Shown in pieces: positions 54,765 to 62,971 of a stretch of 64,000 bases of DNA. Position numbers and translations under genes: made by a program. The DNA is from Candidatus Adlerbacteria bacterium (lineage in GTDB: Bacteria; Patescibacteriota; Minisyncoccia; Phycocordibacterales; SBAW01), in assembly GCA_028286685.1 (NCBI GenBank), contig JAQBRA010000005.1, positions 16,726 through 80,725 of the forward strand. The letters are read 5' to 3'. The notes under the pieces were generated by a model, which was not told the origin of the DNA, did no database searches, and saw nothing but the letters and a program-made list of their open reading frames with translations. Every line of letters begins with the position of its first letter. Position 1 is the stretch's first letter.

Positions 54765-54797
54765 AAAAAACCCCTGGCTTATGCCAGGGGTTTTTGT
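54765..54797. terminator. Bidirectional terminator
   Basis: aaaaaaccctggc-ttat-gccaggggttttt. Confidence 0.8.
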
Positions 54798-54801
54798 TTT
54801 C

Positions 54802-55971
54802 CTACTGCGCCTTTAAAAATCGATGCTTGCCGATACGGATGACGCCAGACACTTCAGCATCTATGCTCGTTATCTTCTCGCCGGTCTCAACGTAGGAGAC
54901 CGCACCCGCATCCACCAAGCGGCGCAACTCGCTGGTCGATAATCCATCCACAATGTCGCGCAGCTTTCCTGCCGCAACCGTAGGCACGTCTGCCGGCACG
55001 CCGCCCTGGCTAAACGTATTGGTCCAATCCTGCTCGGATTTCTCTGCAGCATCCTTGGAGTGATACTTGGTCACGATCTCGCGCGCCAAGCGCATTTTGG
55101 CTTCTTTAGGGTGGCCTTCCAGAATCTTTTGCACCTCGTCCGTCGGAACATCGGTCAAGGTCTCGAAGTAGGTCGCAACCAACTCATCTTTAATCGACAT
55201 GAGCTTGCCGTACATGTCCGACGGCGCATCGTCGAAGTACACCGCGTTGTCGTAGGTCTTGCTCATCTTTCGGCCGTCGGTACCCTCAATAAGCCGGGTG
55301 GTCAGTACGAACTTATCGCGCTTACCAAACGCCTGCTGCAAGTGCCGGCCGGCCAGAATATTAAACTCCTGGTCCGATCCTCCCAGCTCGCAGTCCACAT
55401 CCAAGACGACCGAGTCATAACCGACCATCAAGGGGTAGAGGAATTCGTGGAGCGCTATCGGCTTCTGCTCCTCTAGGCGCTTCTGGAACATGTCGCGCTG
55501 CAGCATCTGCTGCACGGTAAATTTGCTTGCCAAGCGCACAATGTCGTCGAATTTGAGCTTCTCGAGCCACTCGTGGTTGTAGCGGATCTCCACTTTAGAA
55601 AAATCGAGGATCTTCTGCGCTTGGCGCTTGTAATCCTTGAAGTTCGCCTCGACCTTCTCGCGCGTCAGCGCCTCGCGCATCGCATCGCGTCCGGTCGGGT
55701 CCCCTATCATTGCCGTAAAGCTCCCCACCAAAAAGATCACGTGGTGGCCCAAATCGGAAAAAGCCTTGAGCTTGCGCAGCGGCACCGAATGGCCCAGGTG
55801 CAATTTTGCTCCCGTGGGATCGATGCCGAGGTAGATGCGCATGGGCTCGCCGGAAGTCAGCTTCTTCTGCGCCAGCTCGCGGGGAATAACATTTTCCACC
55901 CCCCGGGTGAGAAGCTCATCTATAGCCTGTTTGTCTGTAACGATTTTCCTCTCCTTATTAAAAAAGCCCAT
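54802..55971 (-). CDS. tyrS: Tyrosyl-tRNA synthetase
   Basis: YLGIDPTG..LHLGH, IGDPTGR, EFLYPL, GGSDQ.FN, KMSKT. Confidence 0.96.
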   Translation of the reverse strand: MGFFNKERKIVTDKQAIDELLTRGVENVIPRELAQKKLTSGEPMRIYLGIDPTGAKLHLGHSVPLRKLKAFSDLGHHVIFLVGSFTAMIGDPTGRDAMREALTREKVEANFKDYKRQAQKILDFSKVEIRYNHEWLEKLKFDDIVRLASKFTVQQMLQRDMFQKRLEEQKPIALHEFLYPLMVGYDSVVLDVDCELGGSDQEFNILAGRHLQQAFGKRDKFVLTTRLIEGTDGRKMSKTYDNAVYFDDAPSDMYGKLMSIKDELVATYFETLTDVPTDEVQKILEGHPKEAKMRLAREIVTKYHSKDAAEKSEQDWTNTFSQGGVPADVPTVAAGKLRDIVDGLSTSELRRLVDAGAVSYVETGEKITSIDAEVSGVIRIGKHRFLKAQ

Positions 55972-56006
55972 ATGAAAACACTCTAGCACAGTGATAGAAT
56001 AGCCGC

Positions 56007-58340
56007 ATGCGCACTATAAAGGCGATGTATCGTCACTATTACAAGCTCCTCCATCGAACGCTCAATCCCCGCTTCGGCCACCTGTTCAATTGGGCCGACG
56101 ACAAGTTCGACAACTCTACGCGCTACTTGCGCCGCAACTGGCAATCCTTCGGCGTATGGGGCTTTGGTCTTTGCTTCTTCTTTGGCGGCGGGCTCCTGCT
56201 CTGGGCCGCAACGCTCCAGCTCCCCGACCTCAACTCGCTCGAAACCCGCCGCGTGGAGCAGTCGGTAAAAGTATTCGACCGCACCGGTACTGTGCTCCTC
56301 TTTGACCTCCACAAGAATATGCAGCGCACCGCGGTGCCGATCGATTCGGTCTCGGTTAACTTGCAGCAGGCCATCCTCTCCATAGAGGACCCGGAGTTCT
56401 ATACCCATATCGGCATCAAGCCGACTGCGATCGCCCGCGCCATCTGGACCAACTTCATGCAGGGAGAGCTCCTCTCCGGCCAGGGCGGCTCGACCATAAC
56501 CCAGCAGGTCATCAAGCTGACTATCCTGACCAGCGACAAGTCGCCGGTGCGCAAATTCAAGGAATGGATACTCGCCCTCAAGATGGAGCGCCAGCTCACG
56601 AAAGACCAAATACTCGAGCTCTACCTCAATCAGGCGCCCTTCGGCGGCCAGCTCTACGGCGTCGAGGAGGCTTCCATGACCTTCTTCGGCAAGCACGCCA
56701 GCGACCTTTCGGTCCCCGAGTCGGCGTACCTCGCGGCCATGCTTCCCGCCCCTACCCGCTACTCGCCCTACGGCACACACGTCGACCAGCTCGAAGCCCG
56801 CAAAAATCTTGTGCTCGATAAGATGCATGAGCACGGCGCCATCAGCGCCGAGGAGGCCGAGACCTACAAAGCCGAGCAGGTAACCTTCGCCCCCAAGCGC
56901 CAGAACGGCATCATCGCGCCGCATTTCGTCTTTTACGTCCAGCAGTACCTGGAAGAAAAGTACGGCACCGAGGCCCTGGAGCGCGGCGGCTGGCGCGTTA
57001 CCACCACGCTTGATGCCGACCTGCAGGTTAAGGCAGAAGAGATAGTGAAGCGCCAAGCCCTCGCCAACGTAGACAAATACAACGCTACCAACATGGCCAT
57101 GGTCGCTACCGATCCGCACAACGGCCAGATTCTCGTGATGGTCGGCTCGCGCGACTACTTCGACGAAGTTATCCCGGGAGCCTACAACGTCGCCACCATG
57201 GCGCCGGGCCGCCAGCCAGGCTCCTCCTTCAAGCCGTTCGCCTACGCGCAGGCCTTTGCCGAGGGATACACTCCCGAGACGGTAGTCTTCGATCTCCCGA
57301 CCCAGTTCTCGACCGCCTGCGAGCCTTCAGACAACTACAACAACACCGCACCCTGCTACGCGCCGCAAAACTACGACGACGCCTTCCGCGGCCCCATGAC
57401 TCTGCGCTACGCGCTGGCGGGCTCCATCAACGTCCCTGCAGTCAAAACCATCTACCTGGCGGGCTTGCAAGACACCCTGCGCCTCGCCAAGTCCATGGGC
57501 ATCTCGACCTTGGGCGATGCCAACCAGTACGGCCTCACACTGGTGCTGGGAGGCGGCGAAGTAACGCCGCTCGATATGACCAACGCGTATGGAGCATTCG
57601 CCAACAACGGCCTCCACTTCGAGGAGCAGTCGATACTGCGCATCGAGGACAGTGCAGGCAATGTTATCGAAGACAACACCCAGGCACCCGGCGTGCAAGT
57701 AATGCCCGCGAGCGTAGCCCAGCAGATAAGCGACGTACTCTCCGACAATGCGGCGCGCGCATCCCTGGGCGAGAACGATCTCTTCTCCTTCCCCGGACAT
57801 GAGGTGGCGGTAAAGACCGGTACCACCAACGACTACCGCGACGCCTGGACGGTCGGCTTTACGCCCAATATTGCCGTGGGCGCCTGGGCCGGCAACAACG
57901 ACAACACCCCCATGGAGCGCCGCGTGTCGGGCTTCATCATCGGCCCCGCCTGGGCGGAGTTCATGCGCTACGCGCTCACCAGGCTCCCCACAGAGCCATT
58001 CGCGCGCGCCGAGCTCCCTACCCCGACTAAGCCGGTCCTAAATGGCATCTGGCAGATCCCGGGCCAAGACGGCCTCATCCACGACATCCTCTACTGGGCT
58101 AACAAGACCAACCCGCAGGGCGACGGCAACTCCATAGGCGACAGCCAGTACAAATACTGGGAGTACCCAGTACAAGCATGGGTTGCGGCTAATGGCGCCG
58201 CCATGATGGGTACGAGCACTGGACAAGAAGACTGCTTTACCGATCCGGCAACCGGCCAGTGCCTCGCCGACCAGCCTTCAGAACCCCCAAGCAATAGGCA
58301 GCTCCTCCAGAGAAATAACAACGGAACCGTCCCCCGATAA
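56007..58340 (+). CDS. Class A penicillin-binding protein (transglycosylase/transpeptidase)
   Basis: IED..FY.H.G, QGGSTITQQ, RKFKE, ILELYLN; PGSSFKP, SIN, KTGT. Confidence 0.94.
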   Translation: MRTIKAMYRHYYKLLHRTLNPRFGHLFNWADDKFDNSTRYLRRNWQSFGVWGFGLCFFFGGGLLLWAATLQLPDLNSLETRRVEQSVKVFDRTGTVLLFDLHKNMQRTAVPIDSVSVNLQQAILSIEDPEFYTHIGIKPTAIARAIWTNFMQGELLSGQGGSTITQQVIKLTILTSDKSPVRKFKEWILALKMERQLTKDQILELYLNQAPFGGQLYGVEEASMTFFGKHASDLSVPESAYLAAMLPAPTRYSPYGTHVDQLEARKNLVLDKMHEHGAISAEEAETYKAEQVTFAPKRQNGIIAPHFVFYVQQYLEEKYGTEALERGGWRVTTTLDADLQVKAEEIVKRQALANVDKYNATNMAMVATDPHNGQILVMVGSRDYFDEVIPGAYNVATMAPGRQPGSSFKPFAYAQAFAEGYTPETVVFDLPTQFSTACEPSDNYNNTAPCYAPQNYDDAFRGPMTLRYALAGSINVPAVKTIYLAGLQDTLRLAKSMGISTLGDANQYGLTLVLGGGEVTPLDMTNAYGAFANNGLHFEEQSILRIEDSAGNVIEDNTQAPGVQVMPASVAQQISDVLSDNAARASLGENDLFSFPGHEVAVKTGTTNDYRDAWTVGFTPNIAVGAWAGNNDNTPMERRVSGFIIGPAWAEFMRYALTRLPTEPFARAELPTPTKPVLNGIWQIPGQDGLIHDILYWANKTNPQGDGNSIGDSQYKYWEYPVQAWVAANGAAMMGTSTGQEDCFTDPATGQCLADQPSEPPSNRQLLQRNNNGTVPR

Positions 58341-58358
58341 AGTAAGAGTAAGTTAGAA

Positions 58359-58397
58359 ATAAAAAAGCGATCAGAGATAACTTCTGATCGCTTTTTT
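58359..58397. terminator. Bidirectional terminator closing the cassette region
   Basis: aaaaaagcgatcaga-gataact-tctgatcgctttttt. Confidence 0.8.
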
Positions 58398-58431
58398 ATA
58401 TCGGCGTCACTACTACAATACCCTTAGCTGA

Positions 58432-58836
58432 CTAACGACCAACCCCTTTCAATAGCCCCGTATAGGAAGTGCGATTCTTCCATAGGAAATAGGCATTGAG
58501 CAGCAGCATGATATCGGCTAGTCCTGCCCCGGCCGTAAGCAGGCCTCCATCGATAAAGAAGTGGAACGCGACTACGTTCACCGTGATCGGAGCGATAAGA
58601 AGCGCAGCTAATGCTTCCCGCTTCGTCCACAAGGCAATAAGTGCAACAACATTCACGACTGCCATTATCCAGTTGATATACATGACACTCGTGAGCATCT
58701 GGATAAAAGCGAAAGCCAGGTCCGTATTGTAGAGATCCCGAGTAGCTTCACCAAAGATTCCGGTCGTTCCAAGAACGGGCAGGATGAGGATGAGCGAAAA
58801 TACGACCTTGCTTGCTACATGAAGAACTTTTTTCAT
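58432..58836 (-). CDS. DoxX-like membrane protein (distal cassette)
   Basis: 4 TM helices; AP(I)TVNVVAFH motif. Confidence 0.7.
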   Translation of the reverse strand: MKKVLHVASKVVFSLILILPVLGTTGIFGEATRDLYNTDLAFAFIQMLTSVMYINWIMAVVNVVALIALWTKREALAALLIAPITVNVVAFHFFIDGGLLTAGAGLADIMLLLNAYFLWKNRTSYTGLLKGVGR

Positions 58837-58936
58837 GGATGGGTAGCTGAAGTGTTAATAATTATATGGAAAGTATAGCAGTGGATATTTGGCCGTCTAG
58901 GACGATATCCGACCAAATTATAACCACCTCAAGTTA

Positions 58937-58965
58937 GCTGGGTGTATCGGGACGATACTGGAATC
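58937..58965 (+). repeat. Cassette-delimiting repeat, copy 1 (1 insertion + 3 substitutions)
   Basis: gctgggtgtatcgggacgatactggaatc. Confidence 0.8.
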
Positions 58966-58979
58966 TGTAAAGGTAAATC

Positions 58980-59375
58980 CTATTTGTTACCGTGCATATA
59001 AAAAACATTCCACTTGTGGTGGTCGAGGTCGGCAAAACTTCGACCATATATCGTATCCATATCTGCCGGCTCGTGAAGCTCCAAACCACCGGCTTTAATA
59101 GCATTACCAACAAGTGAATCAACTTCTTCCCTGCTGTCCGCCCCGATTGAAATAAGCACTTCATTCGCTTTCGAAGCGTCAGCCATTTCACCCATAGACG
59201 CTTCCTTAAAATGGGGCTCGGGCAACAGCGCAACAACGACATTCTCGGCCACGACGAAACATGTTGCATGTTCATCCGTAAGATTAGAATCGATTGAAAG
59301 TCCCATCTGAGAGAAAAATGCCTTCGATTTTTCAATGTCTTTGACGGGTAGATTTAAGATGACTTGTTTTGACAT
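58980..59375 (-). CDS. VOC/glyoxalase family protein (cassette)
   Basis: LNLPVKDIEKSKAFF, SREEVD, YGRSFADLDHH.W. Confidence 0.9.
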   Translation of the reverse strand: MSKQVILNLPVKDIEKSKAFFSQMGLSIDSNLTDEHATCFVVAENVVVALLPEPHFKEASMGEMADASKANEVLISIGADSREEVDSLVGNAIKAGGLELHEPADMDTIYGRSFADLDHHKWNVFYMHGNK

Positions 59376-59471
59376 GGTGATGTGTGTTAATTATTTCTTC
59401 TGCGTTTTACAGGTTTTCTCTCATAAAATTCAGTCGAGATGCTCCTCGGGGTCCGAGGCCTATCACAACGA

Positions 59472-59499
59472 GCTGAGTGTCTGGGACGATGTTGGAACC
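59472..59499 (+). repeat. Cassette-delimiting repeat, copy 2 (2 substitutions)
   Basis: gctgagtgtctgggacgatgttggaacc. Confidence 0.9.
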
Positions 59500-59524
59500 C
59501 GCTCCGACAGTCCGGATACAGTTT

Positions 59525-60475
59525 TTATTGGATTTTCTGAACTTTTCCGGTCGCGCGGTCAAGCGAATACTGGCCGCAGTCCGGACACGGGATTCCATTC
59601 ATGGCCTGGCCCTCGCTTTGATATTTAAAATACAAAATCTTAGAGCCATCTTTTGAGATTGATACCCCTCCTTCGCTGCCGTGCGGAAAATTCTCCACCG
59701 TATCGGCCTTTTTATCAATGACGCATATCCTGAAATAATTTGCATACCCAATTACGCTCCCATCAGCAGAAAAGGCTGTTGGATAGACGCGCGGTAAAAT
59801 TGGCTCAGCACCCGCCGGGTTGCACGTTGCAGGCAATACCCTTGAGTACTCGGCATTGTCGGTAATGAGATTCACGGGGCCTACGACAGTATCGTTCAGG
59901 TAAATCCAGTTCTTATCCTTGGCGACCGGAGAAAGCACAAATGTTTCAGGGTCCGCTTCGGGTATCACGTGGTCGTTGCTATACACATGACTTTTATCCT
60001 TGCCATACCCGGTCTGCAGGGGGTCGATAGCTTCAGGAGACGAATACAAAACAGGCGCGAATGTTGCTGGGTCTGCTCCGACAATACTATAGCCGCCTAC
60101 ATAAAACACACTGCGTTCGTCTTTGGCGTATTCCTTGCTAAGTATGGTAAAAGTCGCAGGGTCGGCTCCTGCTACGACCAAATTGCACCAGTACACATAG
60201 TTTTTGTCCTTGCCGTACCCGTCGAGTGACGACGCGACAAACGTAGCAGCATCCGCTTCCGGGAGCGGAGTGCCCATGCATGAGATAGCGTTGTCTTGCA
60301 GCGTATACCAAGTGTAGCTTTGGCTTACGACGTAGCTCGCCGGCAATGTGCTCGCTGGGCGCCACTCAATCTGCACAGACGCGCTGGATGGCCTTTGCAT
60401 AATCACCGCATACGCGCTGCCCAAAATAATAAGGGTAATAAGTGCGATGCCTATGTAAATATTTTCCTGTTTCAT
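59525..60475 (-). CDS. DKNYY-repeat family exported protein (cassette)
   Basis: N-terminal TM; repeated ADP.TF...Y[AG]KDK..VY; start MKQEN with TAGAAT upstream. Confidence 0.85.
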   Translation of the reverse strand: MKQENIYIGIALITLIILGSAYAVIMQRPSSASVQIEWRPASTLPASYVVSQSYTWYTLQDNAISCMGTPLPEADAATFVASSLDGYGKDKNYVYWCNLVVAGADPATFTILSKEYAKDERSVFYVGGYSIVGADPATFAPVLYSSPEAIDPLQTGYGKDKSHVYSNDHVIPEADPETFVLSPVAKDKNWIYLNDTVVGPVNLITDNAEYSRVLPATCNPAGAEPILPRVYPTAFSADGSVIGYANYFRICVIDKKADTVENFPHGSEGGVSISKDGSKILYFKYQSEGQAMNGIPCPDCGQYSLDRATGKVQKIQ

Positions 60476-60541
60476 TAGAGATAACCTTATTCTACTGCCA
60501 GCAATCGACGCGTCTCGAGCGCGATAACCTAGCACGACTTG

Positions 60542-60569
60542 GCTGGGTGTATGGGACGATGTTGGAACC
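60542..60569 (+). repeat. Cassette-delimiting repeat, copy 3
   Basis: gctgggtgtatgggacgatgttggaacc, identical to copy 4. Confidence 0.95.
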
Positions 60570-60570
60570 T

Positions 60571-61425
60571 TTATGCGATTTCTTCAGGATTCCACGACTG
60601 GTGGATACTCTCGTCAAGACTGTCTATAGCCGCCATATCCTCGGCTGAAAGTTCAAAATCGAACACATCTATGTTTTCTTTGATTCTTTTCTGTTTTACG
60701 GACTTAGGGATAGGGATACAACCCTTTTGTAAACTCCATCGTATCAGTACTTGCGCGTTAGTTTTGCCGTACTTCTGTGCAATTAAAGTCAGCGAGTCAT
60801 TGTCCATCTTTCGCGCTTTAACTAAAGGCGCATACGCCTCAAGCACAATGCCACTTTCATTACAATATTTTAGTAGGTCTTTTTGGTGCAAGAAGGGGTG
60901 GAATTCAACCTGATTCACAGCAGGTAAAATATTTGCATACTTCTTCAATTCCTCAAGATGTTTGACTGTGTAGTTTGAAACACCAATCGCCTTAGCCTTA
61001 CCGGATGCAAGGATATGCTCCATGGCGCGCCAAGTTTCCTCTCTTTTGTTTACAGTAGTAAATCTATCTTCTTCTGCACTTGGCCAATGTACAAGATATA
61101 AGTCCACGTAAGACAGATTAAGATTCTGGAGCGACAAATCGACGGCTCGTAAAGCGTTTTCGTAGCCTTGGTCCGTATTCCAGAGCTTTGTTGTAACGAA
61201 TATTTCTTCTCTAGGTACCCTTGAGGCGAGCACCGCTTTGCCAACGCCGCCCTCATTGCCGTAAATAGCAGCAGTATCAATAAGCCGATATCCGGCTTCC
61301 AAAGCCCAAGCTATAGCTTGCTCGACTTCAGTACCCTCTTGCGATTTATAAACACCAAGACCCATAACTGGCATTTCAACGCCGTTATTCAAAATCCTTT
61401 TTGTGTTGATATTTAACTTTTCCAT
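60571..61425 (-). CDS. Aldo/keto reductase (cassette)
   Basis: GYRLIDTAAIYGNE, FVTTKLWN, DLYLVHWP, IGVSNY, NQVEFHP, IPKS; visibly AT-richer than core genes. Confidence 0.95.
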   Translation of the reverse strand: MEKLNINTKRILNNGVEMPVMGLGVYKSQEGTEVEQAIAWALEAGYRLIDTAAIYGNEGGVGKAVLASRVPREEIFVTTKLWNTDQGYENALRAVDLSLQNLNLSYVDLYLVHWPSAEEDRFTTVNKREETWRAMEHILASGKAKAIGVSNYTVKHLEELKKYANILPAVNQVEFHPFLHQKDLLKYCNESGIVLEAYAPLVKARKMDNDSLTLIAQKYGKTNAQVLIRWSLQKGCIPIPKSVKQKRIKENIDVFDFELSAEDMAAIDSLDESIHQSWNPEEIA

Positions 61426-61430
61426 AAGTT

Positions 61431-61458
61431 GCTGGGTGTATGGGACGATGTTGGAACC
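61431..61458 (+). repeat. Cassette-delimiting repeat, copy 4
   Basis: gctgggtgtatgggacgatgttggaacc. Confidence 0.95.
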
Positions 61459-61466
61459 ATTGTAGC

Positions 61467-61502
61467 AAAAGATGAGGCCGCCTGGTGAGGGCGGCCTCTT
61501 TT
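61467..61502. terminator. Terminator hairpin at the proximal end of the array
   Basis: aaaagatgaggccgcc-tggtgag-ggcggcctctttt. Confidence 0.7.
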
Positions 61503-61509
61503 CGTTTCG

Positions 61510-61794
61510 CTAGCTTCCCTTCAATCCGAAAGCTTCGTTCACGGCTGCAATGTGTCCAAATCCCGCCTTGTCCCAATCGGCATTTGATATGACACGGGTA
61601 CGTGTTTCGCCCGGATATGCGGCGGCAAAAGAGGCGCGCATTCGCATAAGTGACTGGCCCAGTTTCTTTGCAGTCGCAGGATCTTTTCGCGCAAAAGACA
61701 GCAAGCTTACACTCATGCGGTCCGAAATCGAGCCGGCAATAAGCTGCATATCCATTTTTTTGGATATGGGCCTTAACTTCCTATTCTGTGCCAT
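61510..61794 (-). CDS. Hypothetical basic protein
   Basis: GGGAG SD upstream; sole ORF between dnaN and the array. Confidence 0.6.
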   Translation of the reverse strand: MAQNRKLRPISKKMDMQLIAGSISDRMSVSLLSFARKDPATAKKLGQSLMRMRASFAAAYPGETRTRVISNADWDKAGFGHIAAVNEAFGLKGS

Positions 61795-61873
61795 ATGGAA
61801 CTCCCTGATGACTCTGGAATGACACTACATTTTTTATTTATACAAGTCGAGCTGGGAGACATGGATTAGAACT

Positions 61874-62971
61874 CTAGCGGTTCATCGGCATCGCGAGGTA
61901 GAGGAAGGAGTCGTCGGAGGCATCCTTGATAAGCATGGGCTTGCCGGCGCCGTTGGAGTGGAGGCGCACACTGTCCCCCACTATCGACTGCAAGCTGTCG
62001 GCCAAGTAGCGGCCATTGAATGACACCGCGACCCCGTCGCCCTGTATGGTCGCTTTGACGGTCGAGATCTGCTCGCCAACATCCGGATTGCGCGAAGAAA
62101 GGAAAAGGGATTTCTTTTCAGGATCTATAGCGAGGGAAACCTGGGCGAACTTGTCGGCAAATATCGAAAGCGACTTGAGCGCTGAAGACATATCCTCGCG
62201 CAGCACCAATGCTTCGGTTGAGAATTCCTTGGGGAGTATCTGGCGATAGTTCGGGAAGGCGCCATCAAGAAGGCGTGAGGTGTAGTAAATAGCATCGGCC
62301 TGGGTCGAGAGCTGGTTGTCATTGTAATAAATCTCTATATCGCCCTTAACGGTCTCGAGGACGCGCATGAGCTCGGCGGCATTGCGCGCCGGCACCAAGA
62401 GTTGCGGGATGCTTCCACCCGACTTCAGCGCCATCTGCTTTTCTGCCAAGCGGAAAGAGTCTGTGGCAACCGTAGTCAGCTTGCCCGCATCGCCGTATAC
62501 CAAAACGCTTTGCAGTTCCGGCTTAACCGCCGAGAGCGAGGCGCAATAGGCGACCGAACGTATAGCGCGCACTAAGTCGGAAGCCTTGATAGTGAAGGAA
62601 GTTTCTGCCGACACGCGCGGCAAAATCGGGAAGTCCTCATGCGGAATGGTTTTAATAGAAGCATTGGCGCGCTCGCCTTCAACCTTTAAAACCTCTCCCA
62701 CTAAAGAAACGGTGACTGATTTTCCTTTTGAGTTATTGAGGAAGCCGCTCAAGACCCCCGCAGGAGCCGCCACAGTGCCCTCTGTCGTAACTTTAGCGGG
62801 TACTACGATCTCCACCCCACATTCAAGGTTAGTCGCGCGCAGCGTGATCCTGGAGCCTTCTGCAGTTATGAGTACACATCCGAGTACTGGAAGGTTTGCC
62901 CTCCTCTCTGCGAACCTTGAAGCGGTAGCGACCGCCTGTGCCAGGCTTTCAGTTGTGGTCTCGAATTTCAT
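61874..62971 (-). CDS. dnaN: DNA polymerase III beta clamp
   Basis: LPVLG, ATNLE, DFPILP, VATDSFRLA, RLLDGAFPNY, FNGRYL, MPM. Confidence 0.96.
   Translation of the reverse strand: MKFETTTESLAQAVATASRFAERRANLPVLGCVLITAEGSRITLRATNLECGVEIVVPAKVTTEGTVAAPAGVLSGFLNNSKGKSVTVSLVGEVLKVEGERANASIKTIPHEDFPILPRVSAETSFTIKASDLVRAIRSVAYCASLSAVKPELQSVLVYGDAGKLTTVATDSFRLAEKQMALKSGGSIPQLLVPARNAAELMRVLETVKGDIEIYYNDNQLSTQADAIYYTSRLLDGAFPNYRQILPKEFSTEALVLREDMSSALKSLSIFADKFAQVSLAIDPEKKSLFLSSRNPDVGEQISTVKATIQGDGVAVSFNGRYLADSLQSIVGDSVRLHSNGAGKPMLIKDASDDSFLYLAMPMNR

Noticed and set aside
3304-57119. Long antisense ORFs (e.g. 3304..4188, 9762..10652, 20998..21996, 29674..30606, 34279..35304, 55983..57119)
   Set aside because: Shadow frames opposite well-supported genes, as expected in GC-rich coding DNA; no recognisable motifs.
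58422-58445. ttagctgac after the DoxX-like gene as a sixth repeat
   Set aside because: Only about 4 bases match the consensus.
58937-60542. Repeat spacings of 535 and 1070 bp (exactly 1:2)
   Set aside because: The third spacing is 889 bp and the contents are unrelated genes; treated as coincidence.
60542-60569. dif/XerCD site or canonical attC
   Set aside because: The length fits dif, but there are no 11-6-11 inverted arms or TTATGTTAAAT-like half site, and no RYYYAAC...GTTRRRY long hairpin.
58937-61458. CRISPR array interpretation of the 28-bp repeats
   Set aside because: Spacers are 0.5-1 kb whole genes of unequal length, and there are no cas genes in the window.
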